Shown: piece by piece, positions 10,701-18,717 of the stretch | How positions within the stretch are numbered: the stretch's first letter is position 1 | How the letters are laid out: each line of letters starts with the position of its first letter | Assembly (NCBI GenBank): GCA_046327815.1 | Contig: JAXLXR010000014.1 | Location: forward strand, 3,706 to 67,705 | Reading direction: 5' to 3' | Source of the DNA: Candidatus Eiseniibacteriota bacterium | GTDB lineage: Bacteria > Eisenbacteria > RBG-16-71-46 | DNA length: 64,000 nt | Position numbers and translations under genes: made by a program | Notes under the pieces: generated by a model | The model's database searches: none | What the model saw: the letters and a program-made list of their open reading frames with translations, nothing else | Told to the model about the DNA's origin: nothing

Positions 10701-11048
10701 GATCTTCGCGAGCACGAACGGCGTGATGCCGTCCGAGTAGTTCATGCCCGAGCCCTTCGGCGCTTCGACCGAATGGAACACCGACAGGTCCACGTTGATC
10801 GGGTCCGCGGGGTAGCCGCCGACCATGCCCCAGTTGTGGAACATGGTGCGGATGTTGTTCGCGTCGTGCAGTCCCTGGCGCTCGGCGTCGATGCGTCCGC
10901 GCAGTTCCTGCGGGATCACCGGCTCGAGCAGCCCGTCCGCGAATGCCGCGACCGCGCCGCATGCGATCATCATCGCGGCGGCCAGCACGGCGGTACACGT
11001 CCTGCGCAGAGTCATGTCACCGTCCTCGTGACGAAGGTTCGCGTTCAT
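7719..11048 (-). CDS. 1109-aa surface protein of unknown function with Ca-binding-type Asp repeats, an FN3-like module and a T9SS C-terminal sorting domain
   Basis: ORF 7719..11048. Its start overlaps the TBDR stop (TGATG at 11046-11050); an alternative start is 11015 (MTLRRTCTAVLAAAMMIACGAVAAFA signal peptide). Motifs: DNDNDGMLNE and DDVGADGVPE repeats, GYVRLSWDD...GYRIYRA (FN3-like), and a C-terminal VVPNPYV...GLYVFHVDA...GKFAIIK. Confidence 0.7.
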   Translation of the reverse strand: MNANLRHEDGDMTLRRTCTAVLAAAMMIACGAVAAFADGLLEPVIPQELRGRIDAERQGLHDANNIRTMFHNWGMVGGYPADPINVDLSVFHSVEAPKGSGMNYSDGITPFVLAKIRQTDGTDSYIMETGYRERQCNDPLNRTMRFEPRPGFFQPDPTINKARSPAISHDPRTWPDAWPDKQTDGDDPGWPGAWNGYFGKRPAADQESFTVMDDDFYSTWRFNPDSRDLTRRGLGLRVETRGFQWANPQAGNVIFWHYDIANEGTTDYDDNIIFGIYMDSGVGGSAISCDGVAESDDDNAFFDKSFGLNLTYTWDMNGHGKSLDGACARTGYMGYAYLETPGNALDALDNDNDGMLNELRDGGVGALVVGQDAIRAWVESHYDTTKWYRAYGRLEKHAAYRLGRWYTGDEDMDWNAELDDVGADGVPETFDTGELDGIPTLGEPNFDKTDVSESDQIGLTGFKYNLITNTTDHPEYLHNVLFCDFDGKNWPLILYDTFTNPVTQARFDSTIVANFNIGFLFASGPFTLKAGQRERFSLALAYGSTLSELRASVQTVQQIYNANYQFAVPPTRPTVTAESGDGYVRLSWDDVAERSIDPVTHDFDFEGYRIYRATDPDFRDVQKVYNGQGTQPVGNGQPIHQMDLDDSYAGYSRMAVSGVQYWLGENNGIRHTWTDTTAVNGQQYYYAVCAYDRGFDTGADSTSFYPSENSIPVSRTARGGLILPSNVVAVRANPRVGGWTAATVTPAAHATGRGRGGVGIEVVNSDIVQDGHLMALTFTTDSPDSIAAMKYELRDSTDHFTWFKSGADFDSAGVGPIGAGLLPYVRKAAAPVMVRTDSTGWSAGSTTNARFLVNNSFAPTLSPNLRRTGYPDDISIVFDNVVRDTGVIISTGDRANPAKFVVIAHTPSGDRRMKFRFRDVGRDGTINAAQDYIEVETNAPWAPAAHQPTWRITLDPAAVVAPDTLARPNLGDVWTLRLATTLGVADTFTFVTGAQGVSAAGAQAAWSQKPYVVPNPYVAAASFEPQRFNVSGRGDRRMEFRAIPQDAVVRIYTVHGDLVRTLRQDGSVNGYVPWDLRTKDNLDVAPGLYVFHVDAPGVGKYVGKFAIIK

Positions 11049-13723
11049 CAGTTCGACACGTTCAGCGAGAGTCCGAGTTCGATTCGGCGGGGCCCGTAGT
11101 AGCGCGTCGGGTCGGCGAGCGTGGCGGCGTCGCGGACCGGGAAGCGCGAGTAGTACGGGCTGCCCGAGTTGGCGAAGACGAAGCCGTTGAAGGCGCGGGT
11201 GTCCCCCACGTTGAAGACGCGGGCGAACACCGACGAGCCGAGGCCGAACAGCTTCACTTCACGCGAAGCGCGCAGGTCCATCATGATGCCGGCCGGCTTG
11301 CGTCCCGAGTTCGCCTCGAGTCCGCCGCCGAACCCCGTCTCGATCTCCGGCGTGTACGGCTGGCCGCTCGCGACGCGGATCGCGGTGCCGACGTTCCAGG
11401 CCTGCGCGCGGGCGAGCGTGAGCGTGAGGTTGAGCGCGTGGCGCTGGTCCCAGGCGAACGGCACCGAACGCGGGCGCGGATCTTCCCCCGCGGCGGCGCG
11501 CGACGCCGTCTCGCGCGGATCGCTCGAGTTGCCCTGGGCGGACTGCCACGTGTAGTCCAGGGTCGTGCTGAGCAGGTTCTTCGGACCCTGCGCGCGCTGG
11601 TTCACCGAGAAGGTGAAGCCGATCACGTTGCCGAAGTCCACGTTCGTCAGCCGCGCGTACTGCGCGCCGTTGTAGGTCTCGACGAACTCGACGCCGAGCA
11701 GGTCGCGGATGTCCTTGAAGAACGCGGTCACGTCCACGCCCAGCCACTCGTTCAGCGCGTGCTTGTAGCCGAACTGGTACTGCACCGTGCGCTCGGGCTT
11801 GATGTCCGGGTTGCCCATCGTGGGCGCCGATTCGCCCGCCTGCAGGTCCTTGAGCTCGTCGTAGTCGGCGTGCTCGAAGATCTGGCCGAGGCCGGGGAAC
11901 TGGTAGAAGTGCCCGTAGGCGAAGAACAGCGCCGCGTTCGCGTTGATCGGGTACGACACGCCGATGCGCGGCGCGAGCGAGAACTTCGCGCTGGTGCGCA
12001 CGTCGTGCGACTGCGGCACGCCGCTGATCGAGTTCGCGGGGTTCGCGAGGTCGCTCGGCAGGTACGCGCGCGCGTCGAAGTACTCGAGCCGGGCGCCCGC
12101 GCGCAGCGTGAGGTCGTTCCACTCGAGTTCCTCCTGCGCGAACGCGGCACCGAGGAACGGGCGGTATTCCTGCACGCCGGGGAACTCCGGCGAGTAGTTC
12201 ACCACGCGCATGAGCGTCTGCGCACCGCCCTGCGAGGTGTCGGCGCCGTAGCGCAGGTAGCCGGGCACGCCGAACGACACGTGGGGCGCCTGGAACTCGG
12301 CGCCCAGCTTGATCTGGCTCTCCTTGGTGCGCTGGTTCACGAACGAGCCCTTCAGCACGGCGCCGTTCGTCTTCTGGCGGAAGCGCGTGAAGTCGGCGCC
12401 CTGCACGATCGCGCCGTTCTCGTACTGCCCGCTGCTCGTGGTCGGTCCGTAGGCGTCGTAGCGCGGATCGAAGACGTCCTCGAACAGGAAGTCGCGATAG
12501 TTGAAGTAGTTCTGCCGCGCGCTCAGCGTGTAGTACGTGGTCGTCGAGAGCGTGTGCGTGAGGTCCATGCCCTGCACGAGCGAGATCGTGCGCTGCTCGC
12601 TCGCGCCGTCGGGATTCAGGCGGTACGCCCACTTCAGGTTCTGGCGGTCCGTCACGTTCAGGATGCCCTGCCAGCTCAGCTCGACGTTGGGGATCGAACG
12701 GTTCGTCAGCTTCGTGATGCCCGACCATTCGTGCGACCAGCCGAGCGGCACCGTTTCGCCGTCACCGGTCGGGTGGAACGCCAGGTTCGCGACGTCCGAG
12801 CGATCCGTCGGGCGGAACCGGCGCTCGCCCCACACCCAGTCCTCGTTGCGGTAGTGACGCCCGCTCACGAGGTACGTGGTCTTCGGCAGCTTCGTCGGGC
12901 CGTGCAGGGTGACCTGCCAGTTCTGCTGCGAGAACGGACGGTCCTTGTATTCGAGGATGCGGCCGGTGTTGCCGGGGTACACGGGACCGCCGCTGAAGAG
13001 CTCGGCGTCCCAGTGGAACTTGTCGGTGCCGCGCTTGAGGACGGCGTTCACGACGCCGCTCATCGCCTGGCCGTACTCGGCGTCGAACGTGCCGGAGATG
13101 ACCTGCACCTCCTCGAGCAGCGAACGGTCGAGCTTGAGCGTGGACGAGTTGTCGTAGGCGTTGTTCACGCTCACGCCGTCCACCTGGTACTGCACTTCAC
13201 CGGTGCGACCGCCGCGGAAGTGGCCGTCCACGACGCCGGCCTGCAGGTTCACGATGTCCTGCAGCTCCTGCACGGGCAGCGCCTGCAGCTGTTCGCGGTT
13301 CACGGTGGCGATGTTCGACGTGCGGTGCACCTCGACCACCGGGCGGCGCGCGCTCACGATGGTCTCCTGCATCTCGACCGCCGACTCCTTCATGGCGATG
13401 TCGAGCCGGGTGGTGTTGTCCGCGGTCACCTCGACGTTCTGGACGGCCACGGGGCCGTAGCCGATCAGCCCCGCCTTCACCTCGTACTTGCCGGCGGGCA
13501 CGTTGAGGATCATGAAGCGGCCCTGCTCGTCGCTGATGCCTCCGAGCGGAAGTCCCGCGATCCGGACGGTGACTCCGGCGAGCGGCTCCTTGCGCTGGCC
13601 CGAGACCTTGCCGGTGAGCTTCCCCGTGGTGCCCGCGAACGCCGCACCCACGCACGCCACGGCGAGCAGCACCGCCGTGACGACGAGGCGCGCGCACGCG
13701 CGAACGAACCCTCCGCGATCCAT
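11048..13723 (-). CDS. TonB-dependent receptor with N-terminal carboxypeptidase-regulatory-like domain
   Basis: ORF 891 aa. Signal peptide, then GKLTGKVSG...GVTVRIAG...GRFMILNVPAGKYEVKA (CarbopepD_reg), the plug region ETIVSARRP...LQALPVQELQDIVNLQAGV, a long beta-barrel, and a C-terminal ...RRIELGLSLNVSN. Confidence 0.85.
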   Translation of the reverse strand: MDRGGFVRACARLVVTAVLLAVACVGAAFAGTTGKLTGKVSGQRKEPLAGVTVRIAGLPLGGISDEQGRFMILNVPAGKYEVKAGLIGYGPVAVQNVEVTADNTTRLDIAMKESAVEMQETIVSARRPVVEVHRTSNIATVNREQLQALPVQELQDIVNLQAGVVDGHFRGGRTGEVQYQVDGVSVNNAYDNSSTLKLDRSLLEEVQVISGTFDAEYGQAMSGVVNAVLKRGTDKFHWDAELFSGGPVYPGNTGRILEYKDRPFSQQNWQVTLHGPTKLPKTTYLVSGRHYRNEDWVWGERRFRPTDRSDVANLAFHPTGDGETVPLGWSHEWSGITKLTNRSIPNVELSWQGILNVTDRQNLKWAYRLNPDGASEQRTISLVQGMDLTHTLSTTTYYTLSARQNYFNYRDFLFEDVFDPRYDAYGPTTSSGQYENGAIVQGADFTRFRQKTNGAVLKGSFVNQRTKESQIKLGAEFQAPHVSFGVPGYLRYGADTSQGGAQTLMRVVNYSPEFPGVQEYRPFLGAAFAQEELEWNDLTLRAGARLEYFDARAYLPSDLANPANSISGVPQSHDVRTSAKFSLAPRIGVSYPINANAALFFAYGHFYQFPGLGQIFEHADYDELKDLQAGESAPTMGNPDIKPERTVQYQFGYKHALNEWLGVDVTAFFKDIRDLLGVEFVETYNGAQYARLTNVDFGNVIGFTFSVNQRAQGPKNLLSTTLDYTWQSAQGNSSDPRETASRAAAGEDPRPRSVPFAWDQRHALNLTLTLARAQAWNVGTAIRVASGQPYTPEIETGFGGGLEANSGRKPAGIMMDLRASREVKLFGLGSSVFARVFNVGDTRAFNGFVFANSGSPYYSRFPVRDAATLADPTRYYGPRRIELGLSLNVSN

Positions 13724-13762
13724 GCCCGATTCCCTCTCCTGAGGCCGCGGCCGGCGGGCCGT

Positions 13763-13790
13763 CCGGGGCGGGCCCGCGGGCCCGCCCCGG
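13763..13790. other. 28-bp perfect GC palindrome (CCGGGGCGGGCCCG/CGGGCCCGCCCCGG) between the CBM9-like gene and the TBDR gene
   Basis: Read directly from the sequence. The second half is the exact reverse complement of the first. It lies inside the 92-nt spacer of a co-directional gene pair, upstream of the GGAGAGGGAA ribosome-binding site of the TBDR. Confidence 0.5.
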
Positions 13791-13815
13791 CGGCGTTCGC
13801 CGGAACCGAACGTGA

Positions 13816-15735
13816 CTACCGAAGCACCATCATCTTTCCGGACAGCGTCGCGCGCTTGGCGCCGGCGGAGTTCCGGATGTTCACGCGATACAGGTACACA
13901 CCCGCGCCCGGGGCGAACTGCGGCATGCGGATCTCGCGCTGGCCGGCGCCCTGCAGGCCGACGGCGCGCGACGCGACGACGCGGCCCTGGAGGTCGAACA
14001 CCTCGAGGTCCACGAGCGACGCTTCCGGCAGCGTGTAGCGCACGATCGCGCCCTCGCGCACCGGGTTCGGATAGCTTCCGAGCAGCGCGTAGGCGGAGGG
14101 CGAGCCGTCGCCGTCACCCACGCCCGCAAGCGACTGGGCCGGGTTCATGAACGCGACGCAGGCGCCGTCGTTGTTCTCCCATTCGCGGAAGAACCAGCGG
14201 CGGGTGCCGTAGCTGTCGGTGACCGGCGAGAACGAATCGCCGTCCATGAGGTCGCACGACCAGTACAGCGCGTGGTCGCCGAGACCCGCGGGATAGCCGA
14301 ACTGGCGCAGGTTGATCGCCATCTCGGCGGTCCAGCCCGCGTCGGTGTCCACGCCGAGCGTGTCCACGGTCGTGCCGGGCTTGAGCGCGATCTTGCAGCG
14401 CACCACGCCGAGCGTGTCGCGCAGGTACGTGAGTTCGTCGGCCGTCTTGGTGGCACCGCCGGCACCCACGTAGAACGTCATCTTGTGGCCTTTCATGTTG
14501 CGATCGTCACCGCGCGTCGCGCGGTCGTTGATCGCCACCACGAAGCCGTCCCAACGGTCGCTGAGCGTGTGCGTCTGCACGACCTGGTCGTTCACGTCGA
14601 AGCCCAGGAACAACGTGTCGCCCTTGAAGAAGTACTTCACGAACGCGTCGCCCGGATCGGCGATGAACGCCGTACCGCCGTTGCCGTTCACGGGTGCCTG
14701 GTACTGGCCCGAACGGTAAGGACCCACGCCGGGATACGCCGCGAGCTGCGCGTTGTCGTCGTAGGTGAGCCGGATGCTCGGAGCCTGCGACCAGACCGAC
14801 TCGCTCAGCGAGCCGTCGATGGCCGGCGTCGCATAGGAGCCCGCCTCCGGGATCGTCATGTCGGCGGCGAAGACGGGCGTCGGGCCCGACGTCACGTTGA
14901 CCGACGGACGGCCGAGCACGTGCACGTTGTGGAACCACGCGGCGTTGCCCCACGGCCCCTGCACCCACGTGCGGTTGACCGCGAAGCGGAAGAAGTTCGC
15001 GAGCGGCCAGAAGTTGTCGATGTCGTACAGCGAGCAGTTCCACTCGATGATGTCGCCGTCGGCGTCCGTCACGTCGTAGCCGTTCAGGCCGAGGTCGAAG
15101 CGCATCTCGACCGTGTAGCCCTGGTCCATGAGCGTGTCCGAGTTCACCGTGCCGTTCACGACGTAGCGCGCGTCCCACGCTTGAAGCTGCTGCGTGGTCG
15201 GGGGCACCGAGTTCGGCGGCCACGTGCGCCAGTAGCCGACCATGCTCATCGGCTTGTTGATCGCCTTGGGATTCAGGTCGCCGCTCTCCGGCGGCCACCA
15301 CCACGACATGAAGTGCTCGCGCGGCGGCGACGGATGGCCGGGATCGTTGTGGCCCTTGAGCGACATGAGCAGGCCGTCGAAGCGGTTGAACTGGTCGCTG
15401 CCGCCGATCGAGCTGTCACGCACGGTGACCGCGAGCCAGAGCTGGTTGTCCACGGTGAGGAAGCGGAACACCGCGCGGTTCGGATCCGACGAGATGAAGC
15501 CGCCCTCGTCCTTCCAACCGGAGCCCGGGATGGGCCCGTCCTGCCGGGTCGTGATGATGAGCGATTCGGCCTGCGCCCACTGCGGCTCGTTCAGCTGGCC
15601 GTCGAGGGTGAGCGCGGCGCCGTTGGTCGAGCGGGCCCAGATGTAGTCGTAGCGCTGGAACTGTGCCCACGCCGGTAGCGAGGCGCACAGCAACGCGCCC
15701 GTCATCAGGGCGGTCACCAATCCTGCCTTCTTCAT
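13816..15735 (-). CDS. tandem CBM9/DOMON-like carbohydrate-binding surface protein with T9SS C-terminal sorting domain
   Basis: ORF 639 aa. Signal peptide MKKAGLVTALMTGALLCASLPAWAQ. Two LDGxLxExxW modules (LTLDGQLNEPQWAQAE and PAIDGSLSESVWSQAP). C-terminal SYPNPVREGAIVRYTL...GVYLYRVNI...GKMMVLR. Confidence 0.65.
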   Translation of the reverse strand: MKKAGLVTALMTGALLCASLPAWAQFQRYDYIWARSTNGAALTLDGQLNEPQWAQAESLIITTRQDGPIPGSGWKDEGGFISSDPNRAVFRFLTVDNQLWLAVTVRDSSIGGSDQFNRFDGLLMSLKGHNDPGHPSPPREHFMSWWWPPESGDLNPKAINKPMSMVGYWRTWPPNSVPPTTQQLQAWDARYVVNGTVNSDTLMDQGYTVEMRFDLGLNGYDVTDADGDIIEWNCSLYDIDNFWPLANFFRFAVNRTWVQGPWGNAAWFHNVHVLGRPSVNVTSGPTPVFAADMTIPEAGSYATPAIDGSLSESVWSQAPSIRLTYDDNAQLAAYPGVGPYRSGQYQAPVNGNGGTAFIADPGDAFVKYFFKGDTLFLGFDVNDQVVQTHTLSDRWDGFVVAINDRATRGDDRNMKGHKMTFYVGAGGATKTADELTYLRDTLGVVRCKIALKPGTTVDTLGVDTDAGWTAEMAINLRQFGYPAGLGDHALYWSCDLMDGDSFSPVTDSYGTRRWFFREWENNDGACVAFMNPAQSLAGVGDGDGSPSAYALLGSYPNPVREGAIVRYTLPEASLVDLEVFDLQGRVVASRAVGLQGAGQREIRMPQFAPGAGVYLYRVNIRNSAGAKRATLSGKMMVLR

Positions 15736-15769
15736 GATGGGAACCTCCTCCGCGGTGATGGTGCTGCGA

Positions 15770-15783
15770 CGAAAACCTTTTCA
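15770..15783. promoter_or_regulatory. LacI-family operator candidate (CGAAAACCTTTTCA), upstream of the CBM9-TBDR operon
   Basis: Palindromic GAAAAC/CTTTTC core, 35 nt upstream of the ATG at 15735. It matches the TGxAAAC-N2-TTxCA pattern of the sites at 945, 17075 and 27576 at 10 of 15 positions. Confidence 0.4.
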
Positions 15784-15880
15784 GTGGCGAGGATCACTTT
15801 TCGGAATGACGAACTGCGGGTTTCTTGGCGCCCGGTTGCGGGCGGATGCGTGTGGCGTGCGCGGGCGCGCCGGGGAGCGT

Positions 15881-16984
15881 TCAGGCCGTCGCGCTGTCCC
15901 CCCGTGACGAAAGCCGCTCGTCGCGATGGTGCGCGTGACCGGCGGGCGAACGGCGGCGGGCTCGCACCGCGGGCCCTTCGGAAACCGAGGGCGCGCCGCA
16001 CGACTGCCGCACGACCAGGGACGTTTCGAGTTCCTCGCGCTGGCCGTCGGCCGGACGCCGTGCGCGGGCGAACGGCAGCAGCTGGCGCAGCGCGCGCTCG
16101 CCGAGTTCGCACGCGTTCACGCGCACCGTGGTGAGCGTCGGCGTGAGGTAGCGCGCGATGGCGATGTCGTCGAAGCCGACGATCGCCATGTCCTGCGGCA
16201 CGCGCACGCCTTCGTCGCGCAGCGCGCTCAGCAGGCCGATCGCCATGTAGTCGTTGGCGCAGAACACGGCGCTCGGACGCTGGCTCGCGGCGAGGAAATC
16301 CTGCGCCGCGCGGAAGCCGGCGGACTCGCTGAAGTCGCCGGCCACCTCGAGCGCGGGGTTCCACTCGAGCCCGGCGTCGCGCAGCGATTCACGATAGCCG
16401 CGCGCGCGCTCGTCGGCGTCGAGGTTGCCCTGCGGGCCGCGCACCATGCCGATCCGGCGATGGCCGAGCTGCGCGAGGTGCTTGACCGCGGCGTACGCAC
16501 CGTCGTAGTTCGTGATCGCGATGCTGCCGCACTCGGGCGCCGAGGCGCCGGGGTTCAGCAGCACGACCGGGAAGCGCGACGCGAACTCCTCGATCGCCAT
16601 GTGCGCTTCGGCGTCCGGCACCATCACGACCAGCCCGTCGATGCGCCCGCGCAAGGCGCGGATCGCGGAGACGATCGTCTCGGTGCTGTCGTGGAAGCTG
16701 GAGACGAGCACCTGGTACTTCTCGGCACGCGCCGCGAGGTCGATGCCGCGGATCACTTCGGAGAAGAACTCGCCGTACAGGTCGGGCAGCAGCACGCCGA
16801 TCGCATGCGTGCGGTGCGTGATCAGGCTGCGCGCCGCGCTGTTCGGCCAGTAGTCGAGACGAGCCGCGATGCCGCGCACGTGCGTCGCGGTCGCTTCGCT
16901 CACGAGCGCGGTCTGGTTGAAGACGCGCGACACCGTCGCGATGGAGACACCTGCTTCGCGGGCCACGTCACGGATGGTCGCCAC
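15881..16984 (-). CDS. LacI-family transcriptional regulator (copy 1)
   Basis: ORF 367 aa. HTH MATIRDVAREAGVSIATVSRVFN followed by a periplasmic-binding-protein-like sugar-binding core. Confidence 0.9.
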   Translation of the reverse strand: MATIRDVAREAGVSIATVSRVFNQTALVSEATATHVRGIAARLDYWPNSAARSLITHRTHAIGVLLPDLYGEFFSEVIRGIDLAARAEKYQVLVSSFHDSTETIVSAIRALRGRIDGLVVMVPDAEAHMAIEEFASRFPVVLLNPGASAPECGSIAITNYDGAYAAVKHLAQLGHRRIGMVRGPQGNLDADERARGYRESLRDAGLEWNPALEVAGDFSESAGFRAAQDFLAASQRPSAVFCANDYMAIGLLSALRDEGVRVPQDMAIVGFDDIAIARYLTPTLTTVRVNACELGERALRQLLPFARARRPADGQREELETSLVVRQSCGAPSVSEGPAVRARRRSPAGHAHHRDERLSSRGDSATA

Positions 16985-17074
16985 TGCCGGCTCCGATGCG
17001 GTTGTGGATGGAACTGGGTCCTGGCCTGAGAGCGCGGTGGAGGCACGATCGAGGGGCCCCGAAGCCGCGAGCGA

Positions 17075-17089
17075 TGAAAACGATTACAT
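17075..17089. promoter_or_regulatory. LacI-family operator candidate (TGAAAACGATTACAT) in the divergent lacI-1 / GH1 intergenic region
   Basis: Identical to 945-959. Lies 91 nt upstream of the lacI-1 ATG and 219 nt upstream of the GH1 ATG. Confidence 0.55.
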
Positions 17090-17307
17090 CGCGATTGGGA
17101 CTTTGTAAAGCGGGTCTTTCGGAGCAGCCTCCCCCGCGAGGGACCACTCGTACCCCGGCCGGCGGGGCCACACCTAAGGGTCGCACTCACTTATCGTTGG
17201 ATGATTTCGCCATGACCGGCCCCGGGCCGGCGTTGGACGAGCCGTCCGGCGCTCCCTATCCTGCGCCGACTTTCTCCGAACCCGCTGGCCATGCGAGGAC
17301 ACGACTC

Positions 17308-18654
17308 ATGATGAAAACGTTTCCGGCGAACTTCCTCTGGGGCGCCGCGACGAGCGCCTACCAGGTCGAGGGCTCCCCGCTCGCCGACGGCGCGGGCGCA
17401 AGCATCTGGCACCGCTTCGCGCACGAGAGCGGCCGCATCCGTGCCGGCGACACCGGCGACGTGGCGTGCGATCACTACCGGCGCTGGGAGTCCGACGTCG
17501 AGCTCATGAAGCAGCTCCAGCTGAACGCGTACCGCTTCTCGCTGTCGTGGAGCCGCATCCTGCCCGAGGGCACGGGGCGCGTGAACGAGAAGGGCCTCGA
17601 CTTCTATCGCCGACTCGTCGACCGCCTGCTCGCGCGCGGCATCACGCCGAACGTGACGCTGTACCACTGGGACCTGCCGGCCGCGCTCGAGGATCGCGGC
17701 GGCTGGACGAATCGCGACGTCGCCGAGTGGTTCGCGGACTACGCGCAGGTCGTGTTCGAGGCCTTCGGTGACCGCGTGCCGATGTGGGCGACGCTCAACG
17801 AACCGTGGGTCGTGGTGGACGGCGGTCACCTGCACGGCGCGCACGCGCCCGGCCGAAAGGGCGTCACGAACGCCGCGGCCGCCGCGCATCACCTGCTGCT
17901 CGCGCACGGCGCCGCGGTGGAACGCTACCGCGCGCTCGGACTGCCGCACGCGATCGGCGTGGTCGTGAACCTCGAGCCCAAGGACCCGGCGTCCGATTCG
18001 CCCGAAGACCTCGCGGCCACGGCGCGGGCGCACACCTACTTCAACGAGCAGTACTGCGACGCGCTGTTCCTCGGGCGCTACCCCGAAGGCCTGCGCGAGA
18101 TCTACGGCGAGGGCTGGCGCGAGCCGTCGGCCGAGGACATGAAACGCATCTCGGTGCCGGTGGATTTCCTCGGCGTGAACTACTACACGCGTGCGCTCAC
18201 GCGGCACGCCCCGGACGAGCCGCCGGTGTGCGACGCGCGCGTGCTGCCCGCGGGCGCCGTCCCCATGACCACGGGCTGGGAGTTCTTTCCCGAAGGGCTG
18301 ACGCGCACGCTGTGCTGGGTGAAGGAGCGATACGGCGACGTGCCGCTGTACGTGACCGAGAACGGCGGCGCGTACGCCGACCCCGCGCCCGACGCGCAGG
18401 GCCGCGTGCACGACCCGCTGCGCGTGACGTGCTACCGCGAAAACCTCAAGGCCTGCCTCACGGCGATCGAGCGTGGCGTGGACCTGCGCGGGTACTTCGC
18501 GTGGTCGCTCATGGACAACCTCGAGTGGGCGGCGGGCTTCTCGCAGCGCTTCGGGCTCGTGCACGTGGACTTCGCGACGCAGGTGCGCACGATCAAGTCG
18601 AGCGGCGAGTTCTACCGCGACGTGATCCGCACGAACGGCGCGGCGCTGGACTGA
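17308..18654 (+). CDS. GH1 beta-glucosidase
   Basis: Within ORF 16996..18654. Start at the ATGATG at 17308 (MMKTFPANFLWGAATSAYQVEG) with GAGGA upstream. Acid/base motif TLNEPW and nucleophile motif VTENGGAY. No signal peptide. Confidence 0.9.
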   Translation: MMKTFPANFLWGAATSAYQVEGSPLADGAGASIWHRFAHESGRIRAGDTGDVACDHYRRWESDVELMKQLQLNAYRFSLSWSRILPEGTGRVNEKGLDFYRRLVDRLLARGITPNVTLYHWDLPAALEDRGGWTNRDVAEWFADYAQVVFEAFGDRVPMWATLNEPWVVVDGGHLHGAHAPGRKGVTNAAAAAHHLLLAHGAAVERYRALGLPHAIGVVVNLEPKDPASDSPEDLAATARAHTYFNEQYCDALFLGRYPEGLREIYGEGWREPSAEDMKRISVPVDFLGVNYYTRALTRHAPDEPPVCDARVLPAGAVPMTTGWEFFPEGLTRTLCWVKERYGDVPLYVTENGGAYADPAPDAQGRVHDPLRVTCYRENLKACLTAIERGVDLRGYFAWSLMDNLEWAAGFSQRFGLVHVDFATQVRTIKSSGEFYRDVIRTNGAALD

Positions 18655-18669
18655 ATCCGTACGCACCGC

Positions 18670-18707
18670 GAAGAAGCCCCGCACGGTCCGCCGCGCGGGG
18701 CTTCTTC
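18670..18707. terminator. bidirectional stem-loop between convergent genes
   Basis: GAAGAAGCCCCGC ... GCGGGGCTTCTTC forms a 13-bp stem between the GH1 stop (18654) and the stop of the large secreted protein (18718). Confidence 0.5.
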
Positions 18708-18717
18708 GTGGAGGCGC

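Noticed and set aside
6685-10998. 1437-aa minus-strand ORF spanning the PorV-like gene and most of the giant CTD protein region.
   Set aside because: Only its last 339 codons (from ATG 7704) look like protein. Upstream of that it is an out-of-frame read-through of the 7719..11048 gene.
16996-17307. N-terminal extension of the GH1 ORF, with alternative starts at 16996 or 17212.
   Set aside because: GH1 enzymes begin a few residues before the FLWGAATSAYQ motif. The extension is low-complexity, overlaps the operator/promoter region, and has no signal-peptide character.
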